Under the pieces are notes generated by a model. That model was given only the letters and a program-made list of their open reading frames with translations. It was not told where the DNA came from and made no database searches. The translations under genes were made by a program, and so were the position numbers. Below, in pieces: positions 1 through 12,464 of a stretch of DNA of 64,000 nt. This DNA is from Octopus sinensis (taxonomy: Eukaryota), in contig NC_042997.1 in assembly GCF_006345805.1 (NCBI RefSeq), positions 83,452,001 through 83,516,000 on the forward strand, given 5' to 3'. Numbering within the stretch: position 1 is the stretch's first letter; every line of letters starts with the position of its first letter.

Positions 1-356
1 CCCCACACACACATTACATGCTAAAAGAACCACCACCCTCTGACTTTATCCTTTACAGAAAGAAAACAGACCAACGAACACAGCTATATATACCTACAAC
101 CCCAGAAAAATTATACATATGACACTGCTGCACATACCACACACTTCATCCACACAAGAGCACCACAATAATATACACTATCCCTACTTCACGAGAACTC
201 TTGCTGGTTTCACAGCATACCCTACCAAGGGACATAACTCCTAAACTAATCCCCTGGCCCCTTTTTCATTCTATCACCTTGTTCACAGCAACTGTTGATC
301 GGTTGTGCTAATCCACCTCCGACAATAAAATGCAGTCGCCATACTTCCTTCCATAT

Positions 357-450
357 CAGTTAACTCTGATGAGCGTGAAATTATATAATCAGTTTGTTAC
401 CTAACACTCCATTGTATTCTTTACGCAAAACCAATTGGTAAGACTAGCTG
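357..450 (+). ncRNA. Degenerate type I hammerhead-ribozyme-like motif (probably inactive)
   Basis: CTGATGA at 366-372; stem II GCGTGAA(373-379)/TTTACGC(420-426); AAAA in place of GAAA (427-430); C-CAATTG-G-TA palindromic stem III and cleavage-site position; imperfect stem I CAGTTAACT/AGACTAGCTG. Confidence 0.45.
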
Positions 451-763
451 TGGTGGATATTTAATACTATACATTTCGGATAATATACCCACCCTACTTA
501 CAGACATACGAGTGTATCTCTTCCTTGACTTACGGTTTCTTAGACGACTCATGCACACACACACACATATATATATAATATATATATATATATATGGGGA
601 GTAGATAAACATCTAACAACTGAAGGGTCATTCTTTGTATTACTTGTTCTGTTTTCTATTTTTTTACCTCATTTAGGTATTTAACTCATTTGTTTTTGTA
701 TTTCATGTTGTTTACTGTAGGTGATGTCCTGTACCCATATATGCATATATATATATATATACT

Positions 764-978
764 TTTCTACACTAGGTACAAGGCCTGAAATTTTTGGAGA
801 GGTGGGGGGGCAGTTGATTAGGCTGACTCCAGTACACAACTGGTACTTAATTTATCAACACCAAAAGGATGAAAAACAAAGTCAAGCTTGGCGGAATTTG
901 AACTCAGAACATAAAGACAGAAGAAATAGCGCTAAGTATTTTGCCCAGCATGCTAACATTTCTGTTAGCTCACTTACC
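764..978 (-). mobile_element. tRNA-derived SINE, family A (GGCGAGCTGGCAGAA... head)
   Basis: Reverse complement matches the repeat at 26358, 30353, 39320, 41345, 42595 and 49863 (GAGTTCAAATTCCGCC box B, CCTTTCATCCTTT, ATAAAATAAGTACCAGTT). Confidence 0.7.
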
Positions 979-1136
<158 letters not shown>

Positions 1137-1394
1137 CAAGGGGCTATAGTAAAAGACATCTGCCTAAAGTGTGTTCAGTCCCACAGCAGAGCAGCTTGAC
1201 CAAATGTCTACTATAGCCTTGAGCTAATCAAAGCCTTGTGAGTAGCTTTGATAGATAAAAACTGAAGGAATTCAAAAATGTGTGTGTGTGTGTTTGTATT
1301 TAACAATTTGGTTTGGTTCCATGCACATTAAACATCAATCTAAGTGACGAGCCTAAGGTGTATGGAACCAAATCAAACTATTATTAAATAGTAA

Positions 1395-2050
1395 TGTTGC
1401 AGCCATCTGGTTCGCCAGTCCTCAGTCAAATCATCTGGTTCGCCAGTCCTCAGTCAAATCATCAAACCCATGCTAGCATGGAAAGCAGACGTTAAACGAT
1501 GATGATGATGTATTCCTAAGGTGGCGAGCTAGCAGAATCCTTAGCATGCCAAGCAAAATGCTTATCAGCACTTCATCCATCTTTACATTCTGAGATCAAA
1601 TTTCACTAGGGTTGACTATAACTTTCATCATTCCAGGGTTGATAAAATTAGTATTAGTTGAATCAGTGTCATTGACTTATCCTTCCCCCAAAATAGCTGG
1701 CCTTGTGCCAAAATTTGAAACCAATATATGTACTCGTACCAAATGTGTTGAGTGCATCTTTCATTTGTCCACTCATTTGCAGGAGTGGCTCTGTGGTTAG
1801 AAGTTTGCTTCCCTACCACATGGTTCTGTGTTCAGTCCCACTGCATGACACCTTGATAAGTATCTTCTACTATAGCCTTGGGCTGACCAAAGCCTGGAGA
1901 GTGGATTTGGTAGATGGAAACTGAAAGAAGATATATAGATAGATAGATATGTGTGTCTTTGTGTCTGTGTTTGTCCCCTACCACTGCTTGACAGCTGGTA
2001 TCAGTGTGTTTATGTCCCCACAACTTAGTGGTTCAGCAAAAGTACTAGGC
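1395..2050 (+). mobile_element. Cluster of SINE/RTE-tail fragments, including a 28-bp tandem duplication
   Basis: RTE-type tail (...GCATGGAAAGCAGACGTTAAACGATGATGATG), family A SINE from about 1520, family B SINE from about 1780; CATCTGGTTCGCCAGTCCTCAGTCAAAT occurs twice in tandem. Confidence 0.75.
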
Positions 2051-5000
2051 TTAATCCTTTGAGCTCATAACACCAGTTTACTGGTGGATGGCTTTATTTT
2101 TCTTTATACCATAGCACCGCTCTATGCTGTAGCACCGGCAGAGTGCCAGGTATATGGACAAATAAGATTCAGGAGGACAGGGCTCAAAGGGTTAAAAAAA
2201 AAGTACTGGGGCTGATTTATCCAACTAAAATTCCTCAAAGCAGTGCCCGAGCATGGCCACAGTCTAATGATTGAAACAAGATATATATATATATATATAT
2301 ATATCATCATTGTTTAACGTCCACTGTCCATGCTGACATGAGGTGGATGGTTTGACATGGAGTTGACTAGCAGAGAGCTGTCCAGACTTCGACTGTCTGT
2401 TGTGACATTGTTTCTACAGCTAGGATCATTTGTTTCCAGGCTTCTGTGAAAACATGCCTGACTAAAGGAAGATATCTTAAGAGGAGAAACATGTGAAGGT
2501 TAGTGACAGGAAAGGTATCCAGCCATAGAAAATCTGCGTCAAAGAATTTAGTTAGACCCATGCAAGTATGGAAAAGGTAATATTGAAATTTTAGGCTTTT
2601 GCACTGATTTCATTTCCCATTTTCACTCACAAGGCATTGGTCAGCTAGAGGCTACACTTAAAGACACTCGGATTCCATGCAAAGCAATTTTATTAACTAC
2701 ATAACATTATCATCATTTTAAAGTCAACTTTTCCATGCTTGATTAGGTCAGGAAAAATTTGCTGAGGCAGAGGCAGACTTTCTCCAGCTAGAAACACTTT
2801 CTAACACCAACCTTTACCGGTTTCGGAGCAAAAAGTAGTACCGCCCCCATTCCACCAGTAGCTGGATATGATTTCACAGAAGACTATAAACGGGGGACAC
2901 CGCTTGTATAACAGTGGCGCTTGCTTCTATCATGTCATGCAAAGAAACACACACACAAACATGAAGATGTACGCAGATATCACACACATAGACACACGAA
3001 GATGTGCGCAGATATTACACACACAACAAGCTTCTTTCCCTTTCCGTCTACTAAACCTATTTGCATGCTTTTGGCTGGCCTCTGTCTACAGTAGAAGACA
3101 TTTGCTCATGGTTCTATACAACGGAGAAATGAACCTAAAATCAAGAGGTTGAGGTTGTGAAATGAACTTCTTAACCACTAAAATTATGTCATTGTTACTT
3201 AGAAATTCTTGTCGTTTTCTTCTTCCCTATTAAAGAACAAAATGACAAGTGTAAGTAATTTTGACAATGATTGCACAAAACAATACCCAATTGTATCACA
3301 TTAGTTCATGGTGTGTGTGAACGAATACATTTTTCTATCTTCGTAGGAAACCTTCCTTATTAACGGGTTCTGACGGATCTTAAATAATCTCAACTAAAGC
3401 CCCGGTATTGAGTTCTCTTTCTTCCATTCGACAACCACGATTGTGATGTGCGCACGCACACACACACACACACAATACAGGGTGGCTCAAAAGTCAGTCT
3501 ACAATTTGAGATATATAAAAATATATGTGTAGTTGTTTATATGCACATGTATGGTGAACATAACTAAGAAACAGAATCCTTCAGAAAAATTTATGCATAT
3601 TTATTTAGAAATGAACCAAGGCGATTTTATCGGTTCGGATATTAAAGTATATGATGAAGGTTAAATCGCATCTGAACCTTTTCTTAACATACACACATCT
3701 GTTCACGTTCTTTGCAATGATCTGTTACTGAAGCTTTGAAGCATTATCGACAGACATTATATAGGCCTACACACACACCATGGCAAATAAAAGTAGTTGT
3801 TTAAACAGTTGTGGTTTTAAAACATAGATATAAGTTTGTAAATAGGTAACAAATCTTTTTTATTAATTTTTTTAAGCTTTTCTCATCATTTTTGTAGTGT
3901 TAAGCCGACGATATATATCTCCATAGGGTGAAAGAAACACTACTTTCAATCTAGTGTTTACAGTAGAGAACAAGAGCACAGTGATGTAGTCACTCCAACA
4001 ACTAGAAACAGCAGTTAAATCTCGAAATAATATCCTACCTTCTTAATAAAGAGACATCTTAGATAATGTAAAACTAGAAACTAGAAACACCATAGCTAAG
4101 AGCAGAAAGGAAATACAAGGCAATGGTTTGAATATTTCTAATCAAAAGTCTGCTAGATCAGAGCTGACTTAGGATTAAACAAAAAACCACCTTACAGCGT
4201 CTACTTGGAGCCGGCTGCCTTCATCTTGAACAACACATTTCATGCTAACAAGACATGTACCAACGATTTCCCGAGTACTCTATATTCAGTCGACAATATG
4301 CACTTTAAATACATATACAGGCATATGTAAATACATGCGTGGTTAGCATACTGAATGACATATTACAAAAATTCATGTATATACGTATAGTATTAATCAT
4401 CTTGGCAGAAAGCTAATTGCTTCGTTGTGTGATGGACCGGGCACCTACACTCAGCAAATGAAGTCGTTGTAGAAATACCAAATTTTAGTAATCCGTATTA
4501 AATACACACACAACTCTGTACAACATGAATTAAATATGTAAGCATGTATACAAATACATGTATATGTATTTATGCTTTCGTAACGTGCACGTGTACATAC
4601 ATACACCAGACAGACAGACAGACACGCACGTACACACCTGTCAACAAAAGTAGGAAAGTGAGCGTGCATTACACATACACACAGTCTTATATAACATAGA
4701 ATCTAATTCCAGAGAAAGCTAATTGTGGTTTTAACAAGGCCGAAACATTTGCATCTTAATAACACTGATATTATTAAACAACTAGAAAAGGAACAAGAAT
4801 TATGACTTCTTACATTGGTACAAGGTCGCGAAATTGTAGAGATCAAAACAAAAACAGTGATGACCCCTGTAGGGTTTTATTTCAGGACGTAGGGCGACAA
4901 GATTAGACAATACTACAGTACTCTATCGTTTTTGTTACTCCATTAACAATTTCTAAATAAAACACAAGGCCAGCAATTTTGAGAGGGAAGGATGAATCGT

Positions 5001-8000
5001 TACCATTAAGTCATACTCACCCCTGGTAGCTGAGTGGTACTTCGTTTTATCGACCCCCGGGGAATGAGAAGTAAAAATGACATCGGCGGGATTTGAAATC
5101 ACAACGTAAAGAATTGTAAATAAATATTGCAAGGCCTTTTTTGTCAGACGCTCTAACGGTTCCACCAATCTACCGTATTCACCCCAATAATAACAAATTC
5201 GTTAAATATATCACACTCATCTATACACGTACATCTTTGGATGCCGATTCTGTAAAACAGGAGATATACGACCTATATCTCTCTCTTGTAAACAACAAGG
5301 GGGTGGAATGTTGAAAATGAAATGGGTTAAATGTCAATAACAAGTTGCCTTTCATTCGACACATCACTTTCACACAGAATAACATTTTCTCTAACAATAT
5401 TAGATGGAATACACACACATACATACAGACAGATAGACATACACACACCTTGCTGGTGTTATAGAGCTCGAAATGTTAGGATAAAAATTTCATGTTAATT
5501 TAGCGTAACAATGTAACATCTGACAATACTTACCGCAAGCTGAAACCATCTTAGTAAATAAATCCATTTACATTCGATCTATTCTTTAAAAAATAGATAC
5601 AATTAATAGTCGACCAAATGATCTTTAAGACTGAGAATATTAATGTATATGGTAAGATATGTTAGACTATATCGTTAACCAACGAAAGAAACTGGTTTAT
5701 AATTTATCTCTAATCATGTAAGAATTAATATAAGTTGGTTAAATGTTTTTTTCTGTAAAAGAAATACAGCCGAACATATATTGTAGGTGGTGGAGAAACA
5801 ATCTAGAGTTTGAAACATAATGGGAGTATACAAGATGTAAAATATGCACAGCATGGGAAAAAGCAGAAAAAAATATTAAATTGTTAGCTTTAAAATGAAA
5901 TATGTTTTAAATAATAATCGACTTGATTCTTAAGGAAAATATTTAAAAAATTATCTATAAATGAAAGAAAAGAACAAAAGGAGTAAGCAAAATTTCCAAA
6001 AACATTAATTGGGGTGGTTTTAAAAGCAATGTATAAAGATATCGTAAAGGGGTGTATCTTATGTACCCAGACGTGGTTTGTCAAATCAACAAAACACCAA
6101 AATGCAATTTAATTGCTAAGAACAATAATATAATAAAAGTTTCGAAATCTACCTCTTTCTAAAAGACGAAAAAAGATGCAAATATCAAGTTGGTGACGAA
6201 ATAAATATAATTATTTTGTCTCGCTTGTTTAGTTAGTTTTTTTTTTTTGCCGAGAGGGGTGGTGGTAAACGGTGTATAAGTATATATATAATAAGTCCGT
6301 ATTATAAGTCGTGCAATGAGGTACAGTGTCCGTCAAGAGACGAATGCACTCCGATCAAAAATAGGATACTCAACAACAGATATCATCGCCATCTTGTAAT
6401 TTACGCATTGTCAACCAATCAGAATGTAGCTTACATATAAAAGATGGATAATATAGAGTTCTACTAAAACCATGTATACGATTGATGTTGTCATGAGGAA
6501 CGTCAATAGAAGAGAGCACCTGACTTATAGATACAAGCACAAATGCGTGCACACAAATATATGAATACACGTACGCGCGAACACACATACATGAATACAA
6601 CAAACACACGTACACATACGCGCGGACACATACACACGCGCGCACTCAAACACAAACAGTTGCGAATTAGCACTCGAAAATTGATTTTTAGTGGGGTTAT
6701 CTTTCTCTCCGTTGTTGGTTTCAGAATTTAAATACCCTAACAGAGAGTTTTTGCCTACTAATCATATGGATAATCGAAGTCAGTCTTTCAACTCATTATA
6801 TTACGTGTGTGAAACTCTAGTGTTATAATAATCCTTTCTACTTTAAGCACAGGGCCTTAAAATTGCAGGGAGCGATTAGTTGATTACATCGATCCCAGTG
6901 CTCAACGAGTGCTTATTTTATTTACTCCCATAGGATGAAAGGCAAAGTCGACCTCCGCAATGTGTGAACTAGGAACGTAAAGACGGACGAAATGCTGCCT
7001 AGCATTTTACTGTGTTCGATATAACCCATAACACGACTTTTATCAAATTGTTTTCTACGTGTATTTTCATTGTTTATCTGTTTCACTGTTTTACTTATGG
7101 GAAATTTACGATCATGAAAAGGAAAAGAAAAAAAGGCCAGATTTTAAGGTTAATTAAGATTGAAGTAAAGTTAGGATTTTGGGCACTAAAAAAAACTAGA
7201 ATTTGTTGGGGGAAAAAAGTTACAGAATCGTAATCTTCAATATTTAAAGCATAGAAATCCGAAGAAATTATCTATATATATGAAAAAAGTTACGGTGGCT
7301 GTGTACTTACTACGCAACTCCATCCAACTGCTTGTCGAGGCGATAGTTTAGAGCTGGAGTGGACAAAAAATTCTACAAAACTATTTATAGAATTATTCTA
7401 TGAAAAGTCGCTTCGATAAAATGTAATTTAATGGAAATCATTCGATTAAAAATCTGATACACGAAGGGAAAGAGAGGGTTGCTCTAACTGCTAGAAACAG
7501 CAGTCACGTCACGTTTACTTTACATCAGACCCTACAAGTTTAAGACGTGATGGTCATGGTAAGAACACACTTCACCTTTGAACAACTTGTTTAGCGCTAA
7601 TGAAAGAAGCCTCTTTGTGATCAATCAATCTGCTAGAAATGACAGCCAAATGTTCTTCAACCGTGTCCTACCGATTTTATTTAGCCAATAATGCAATTCT
7701 TGATATACAAAAGGGCCATGTAATTACAGTTAAATCATCTTTGATTATATATGGCTGAGATGAAGTACCTCATTCTGCATAAGAACTCCATCAATCAAGG
7801 ATGAGCAGTCATCTGCATAAGCATGTGCAAACCTGGACATTAGTTTTGAGTAAGACTGGCAATTCCCCATTCACACAAGTTTTCCCAGTCCATAGTACTA
7901 ATGTTTATTCAAGGGAAAGATTGCTTAACTACTGCAATCTTTTCTCATTCACATACTGTTCCCATGCCCGGAGTAAGAATTTAATTTGTGTTTTATTTAA

Positions 8001-10399
8001 ATTAAAGAAGGTGAGATATTGTCTGTGATCTTCATAGGACCACTTTGGGTAGGTAGACTGGTATAGCTGAAGTTCATTTTGAACATCTGTTGATCTGCAT
8101 CTATCAGAAAAAGATAAGGATAAAGTGGGAATTTCAAAGGATGCTGTCCAGCATTGATAATATAGTAATAAAAGCTATGTTCTTCTTGCTGTTGTTTTGA
8201 ATAACTATACTTCATTTAATGAGAGAAGTATTTAATTAAATGCTTAAGGACAGCTAATAGAGTTTGTCTCCAGAAAATACTGATCATTCTGGCATGCAGC
8301 GTTCAGATTCAGATTTGTGAAGATACAGAACTGACATTTTTGATATGACCTCTGTTTTATTATTCAGTCTACTGCTACTGCAAAACCTCTTTCTTCCTGC
8401 ATGGGCTTCCACCACTGGCAGGATTAAGTCCATTACTACACACACTTAAAACACTAATTATACTGTGTCTCCACTACCTACAGTAAAGAACTGCACTTCA
8501 CTGTGGTACACACTTTTTTAGCTTGAGAGAAGTTTTGGCATTGTGTATTGCTAAATGCTTTTTAACTACTCACGCTTCTGGTAACATCTGGCACCATTAC
8601 AATGTGGGGGCCAGAGAATGATATTATTGCATTCATATCTCTGTTTTTAACATGACTGTAATTGTTGATTTTTATATTTTCAATGCCTAAAGAGATTGTT
8701 GTTGATATTTATATTTTCGATACAAGTATAATTGATATGATTATAGTTATTGCAGCTGATATCTGTATTTTTGACATACTTATAGTTGTTGATATCTATA
8801 TTTTTGATACACCTATAGCTATTGCTATAACAATAGCAATTTGGGAATAAAAGTTCCTATCCCATATCAATTGTTTCAAAATATCTCTGAAATCAATCTC
8901 TTGACTTTTCTTACTACAATCTACTTAAATGGCAAACAAAATAGACACCAGTCTTCATAGGGGAAAATTTACCTTTGATAGTCTTATTATCCTATCCAGT
9001 ACTTATTCTATCAGTCTTTTATGTCAAACTCAAACACCAGTTTTCAAGCAGTGGTGGGGCACAAATACAAACACACATAAGGTAACAGAAATGTCAAGGC
9101 CACTCCCCCTGATGAAGAAGATTGACCTGCAAGAGCCCTGTGCCAGTGCTACATGAAAAGCACTTGTGTCAGTGTCACATAAAAGTGCTCATGGCAGTGC
9201 CACATTAAAAGAATCCAGTACATGCTAGATAAAGTAGTTGACATTAGAGAGGGCATCAAGCTGTAGAAACCAAGCCAAATCAGAATGGAACCTGATGCAG
9301 CTTGCCAGCACTGCTCAAACTGTCCAGCCTATGCCAGCATGGAAAATAGATGTTAAAGGATGAAGATAACGATGATATATATGTGTGTGTGTGTGTATTT
9401 GCCCAAGGTATCATGCAGTGGAACTGAACCAGAAACCATGTGTTGAAATTTATTTTAAAATTTTTATGTGAATTGAACCTATAATTTTTCATTTGATCTC
9501 TAGTATGTCATGAAGTCAAAAAGATTGAAAACCACTGTCCTAATACTATTGGAAGTAGAATAAGGCACCAACACTATATTCCCATGCTACAATTCTGAAA
9601 AGGACTAATATAAATTTGATTTATGATCCCTAGAATGGGTTCATGGAATGTCCTTTTCAGGAATTTGTGTATGTAGTCACAGTGGAGAAGAAGCTGCTGG
9701 GATCATCAGTGGAATATCATAAACTCGATAATTTATTCACTACTCCTTTTGTAAGTTCCATGCATATATAGCACTATGTCCCGACAACGCCGGGTCATAG
9801 TGCTAGTGCATGCACACATACACATGAGTACTGTCCAAATCTCTGACCAATCACATACAGCTAGCTGGCATTCAATTGGCGTATCAAGTTTCGGGCATTT
9901 TGATTGGGTTTTGGATAGAAAATTCACAAAAAAGTCACTTCTATTGATTTGTTAATGGCTTTGCAGGGTGACTGGGGAAATGTTAAGATGTGCACGACCA
10001 CCCTTGAACGGTTTTGAATGACCATAGAAAGTGCGAGCCCTCTAACTGAAAAATTGTGGATTTGTATAAAGGACACACACACAGACATTTTGCTGTTTAT
10101 ATATAGAGAGATAATACACACACACATTTTGTTTATGTATTTGTTTTGGAAGTTTCCTGTCGTGAAATCATGTGTTGAAACAGATATTGTTATATTTCAG
10201 GATGGTCGTCTTTTTTTTCCCCCAAATAAACACATGCACTATATATTCATTTTTCACTTCACAAGAATAATAATAAAGTTGAAGCAAAGAATGAATATAG
10301 AGCATGCGTGTTAATTTAACAAAATAATCGAAAAATGGCCATCCTGAAATATAACCATATATATATTTCATTCATCATTAAGAGAGTACATTCAAAATG

Positions 10400-10630
10400 A
10401 AATAATTTGAGAATGGAGTAGAGTGAACGATGTGATTGTAGAGTACCAAAAGCACAAGTTCTTCTGGGCCAAACATGTCGCAAGTTTCACAGGCAACATG
10501 TGGACCCATGCAGTTGCCAATTGCTATTCAAGAGATCAGAAAAGGCCACTTCGAAGGCCTCCACAATGATGGGAAGATGATTTGGGTCAAGATGAAAAAG
10601 AATAGTACAGTCAAGACAAAATTGGAAGTG
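10400..10630 (+). mobile_element. RTE-clade LINE ORF2 C-terminal relic
   Basis: Reads IVEYQKHKFFWAKHVA...WTHAVANCYSRDQKRPLRRPPQ*WEDD, resembling the RTE W.GHVAR...RP.GRP..RW.D tail. Confidence 0.55.
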
Positions 10631-10749
10631 CATTGTAACTAGCAGTGTGTAACAGCATCTGAGAATCTGGTCGATATTGTGATACTGTGATTTATATATT
10701 ATATACATACATATATATTTACAGACACACACATATATACATATAATGC

Positions 10750-12310
10750 TGCCCTAGCTAGGGCTGGGTACTGTGAAAAAATCCAACATATACAAGAAGC
10801 AGGCATACACGACACTGGTAATTCCTCCAGCTGCGATACACATTGTATACCACCACAATGTTACCATTTGAGAACTCACTCAGATAAAGAATACAGGCCA
10901 GAAAGAATTGGTCATATCAATGAACTATCAACAAAAACTCATAGACACACGCAACAATAATTCAAAGGCTTGTTCTAATCCTGTACAACACGCTCGATCA
11001 AATAAGCCTAGCAACAGATATAGGAATCGGGATGCCTTCTGGTTCAACCCAATTTTCAGTTTGCATGTTTCAACTATGATCGCTGAAAAATTTTTTGCTG
11101 CTTTGGACAGGTGTTTTCCTAAATCTAATCGGTATCATGCTATTTTTAATCAACACACCGTGAAGGTATTCTATGTCAGCTCTGCTAATTTAGAGGAGCT
11201 TATGCATTGCATAAACAATAATAAAATGCGGCAAAGGTTCATCTAAATACTGACCAAGGAGATGTAAACCACATTGATAAACACCAGCTACGACCAATTT
11301 GTAGTAGTAGAAATACTTATGTTACAGCTAGCATGCTAATGACACCAGTAAATGGAGTCGGGACTGCCTTATATACAAATAAATATGATAAATGCTCATG
11401 CAGAGAAAAATCAAAATGTTCTTTGATGAATCTCTGTATGAGTACAAATCTTGTACCATGCACTCAAGGAGAGGACCCTATGTTTACATTGGGCAGACAG
11501 CTGATTCCTTTAAGAATCATTATCAAAACCATGTTGCCAGCTTTAAGACAATTAATAAAAGACATTCAACATCTTTGGCAGATTTTATATGGCGACTGAA
11601 GGAGGTTAAAACAAACTATAGTATTAATTGGTCAATAGTAAGGTATGCGAAACCATACAATATAATTTCCAGGAGATGCTGTCTCTATTCCGAGGAATCT
11701 CTGTCTATTCTGTGGACTAACAAGAAGATAATTAATAGAATTTCTGAACAACTCTCGAGATGCCTACATGCATATAAATGTACTTTCACACAATGCAGTG
11801 AGAATGAAATTTGAATAACCGTTAACTTAATTTACTTTAAGGTATGGATGGTTTAAGTTTACTTTTAACCTACCCATTCTTATAAACACAAATAACTCGT
11901 TTTGTGATGAGTGCACCAAACTTCACGTGTGCGTATACTCACAATTTTGCGGATGCTTGTATGAGTGAGTGTACTCATGCCATGCAGCTTGCTCGAGGGC
12001 ATTTATACACCTATACCTGTTAACGGTTATTTCTAATACTTTTCTCGTTGGATTGTGTGTTCATTTTTCTATTTGTTATCTGTGATTATATTTTTGATCT
12101 TCTATATAAATGAAGCTATTTCCTCCGTCTGGCTGCTTTTCTCTCTACAAAACAGAAAGTTACATTGCAGAACAGTCATTTTAATAAGTTGCATATATTT
12201 ATCACCTGACAAGATACATCTGCACCACCGGCTGTTCCTGAACCAGTTGTTGAGTGTCCCACCCAAGAAGAATTGATGCTAGATGTGTCGAAACAATTGT
12301 CATGATTAAT
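10750..12310 (+). mobile_element. Penelope-like retroelement 3' part (RT thumb plus GIY-YIG endonuclease), frameshifted
   Basis: ORF 10908-11246 has WFNPIFS and IFNQHTVKV (PLE WFNPPFS...IFNR.T.KVSYS); ORF 11392-11814 has YIGQT..SFKNHY.NH..SF, IWRLK, I.WSI...AKPY, a PLE GIY-YIG; hammerhead-like remnant at 12273-12301. Confidence 0.85.
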
Positions 12311-12464
12311 AATAAATTTTCGTATATTCCATCTTTTGTCCTTCATTTGCTATATATATCTATACATATATATATATACATACATACATACAGGGTGCAG
12401 TGAATTATGTGTGTGTATATATATATATACATACATACAAGGTGCAGTGAACTGTCGTCTAAAT

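Noticed and set aside
2811-2860. Minus-strand CCGAAACCGGTA hammerhead half
   Set aside because: No convincing CTGANGA core or stem I.
9733-9927. 64-aa minus-strand ORF
   Set aside because: Overlaps a repeat terminal signature; no splice sites or recognisable domain.
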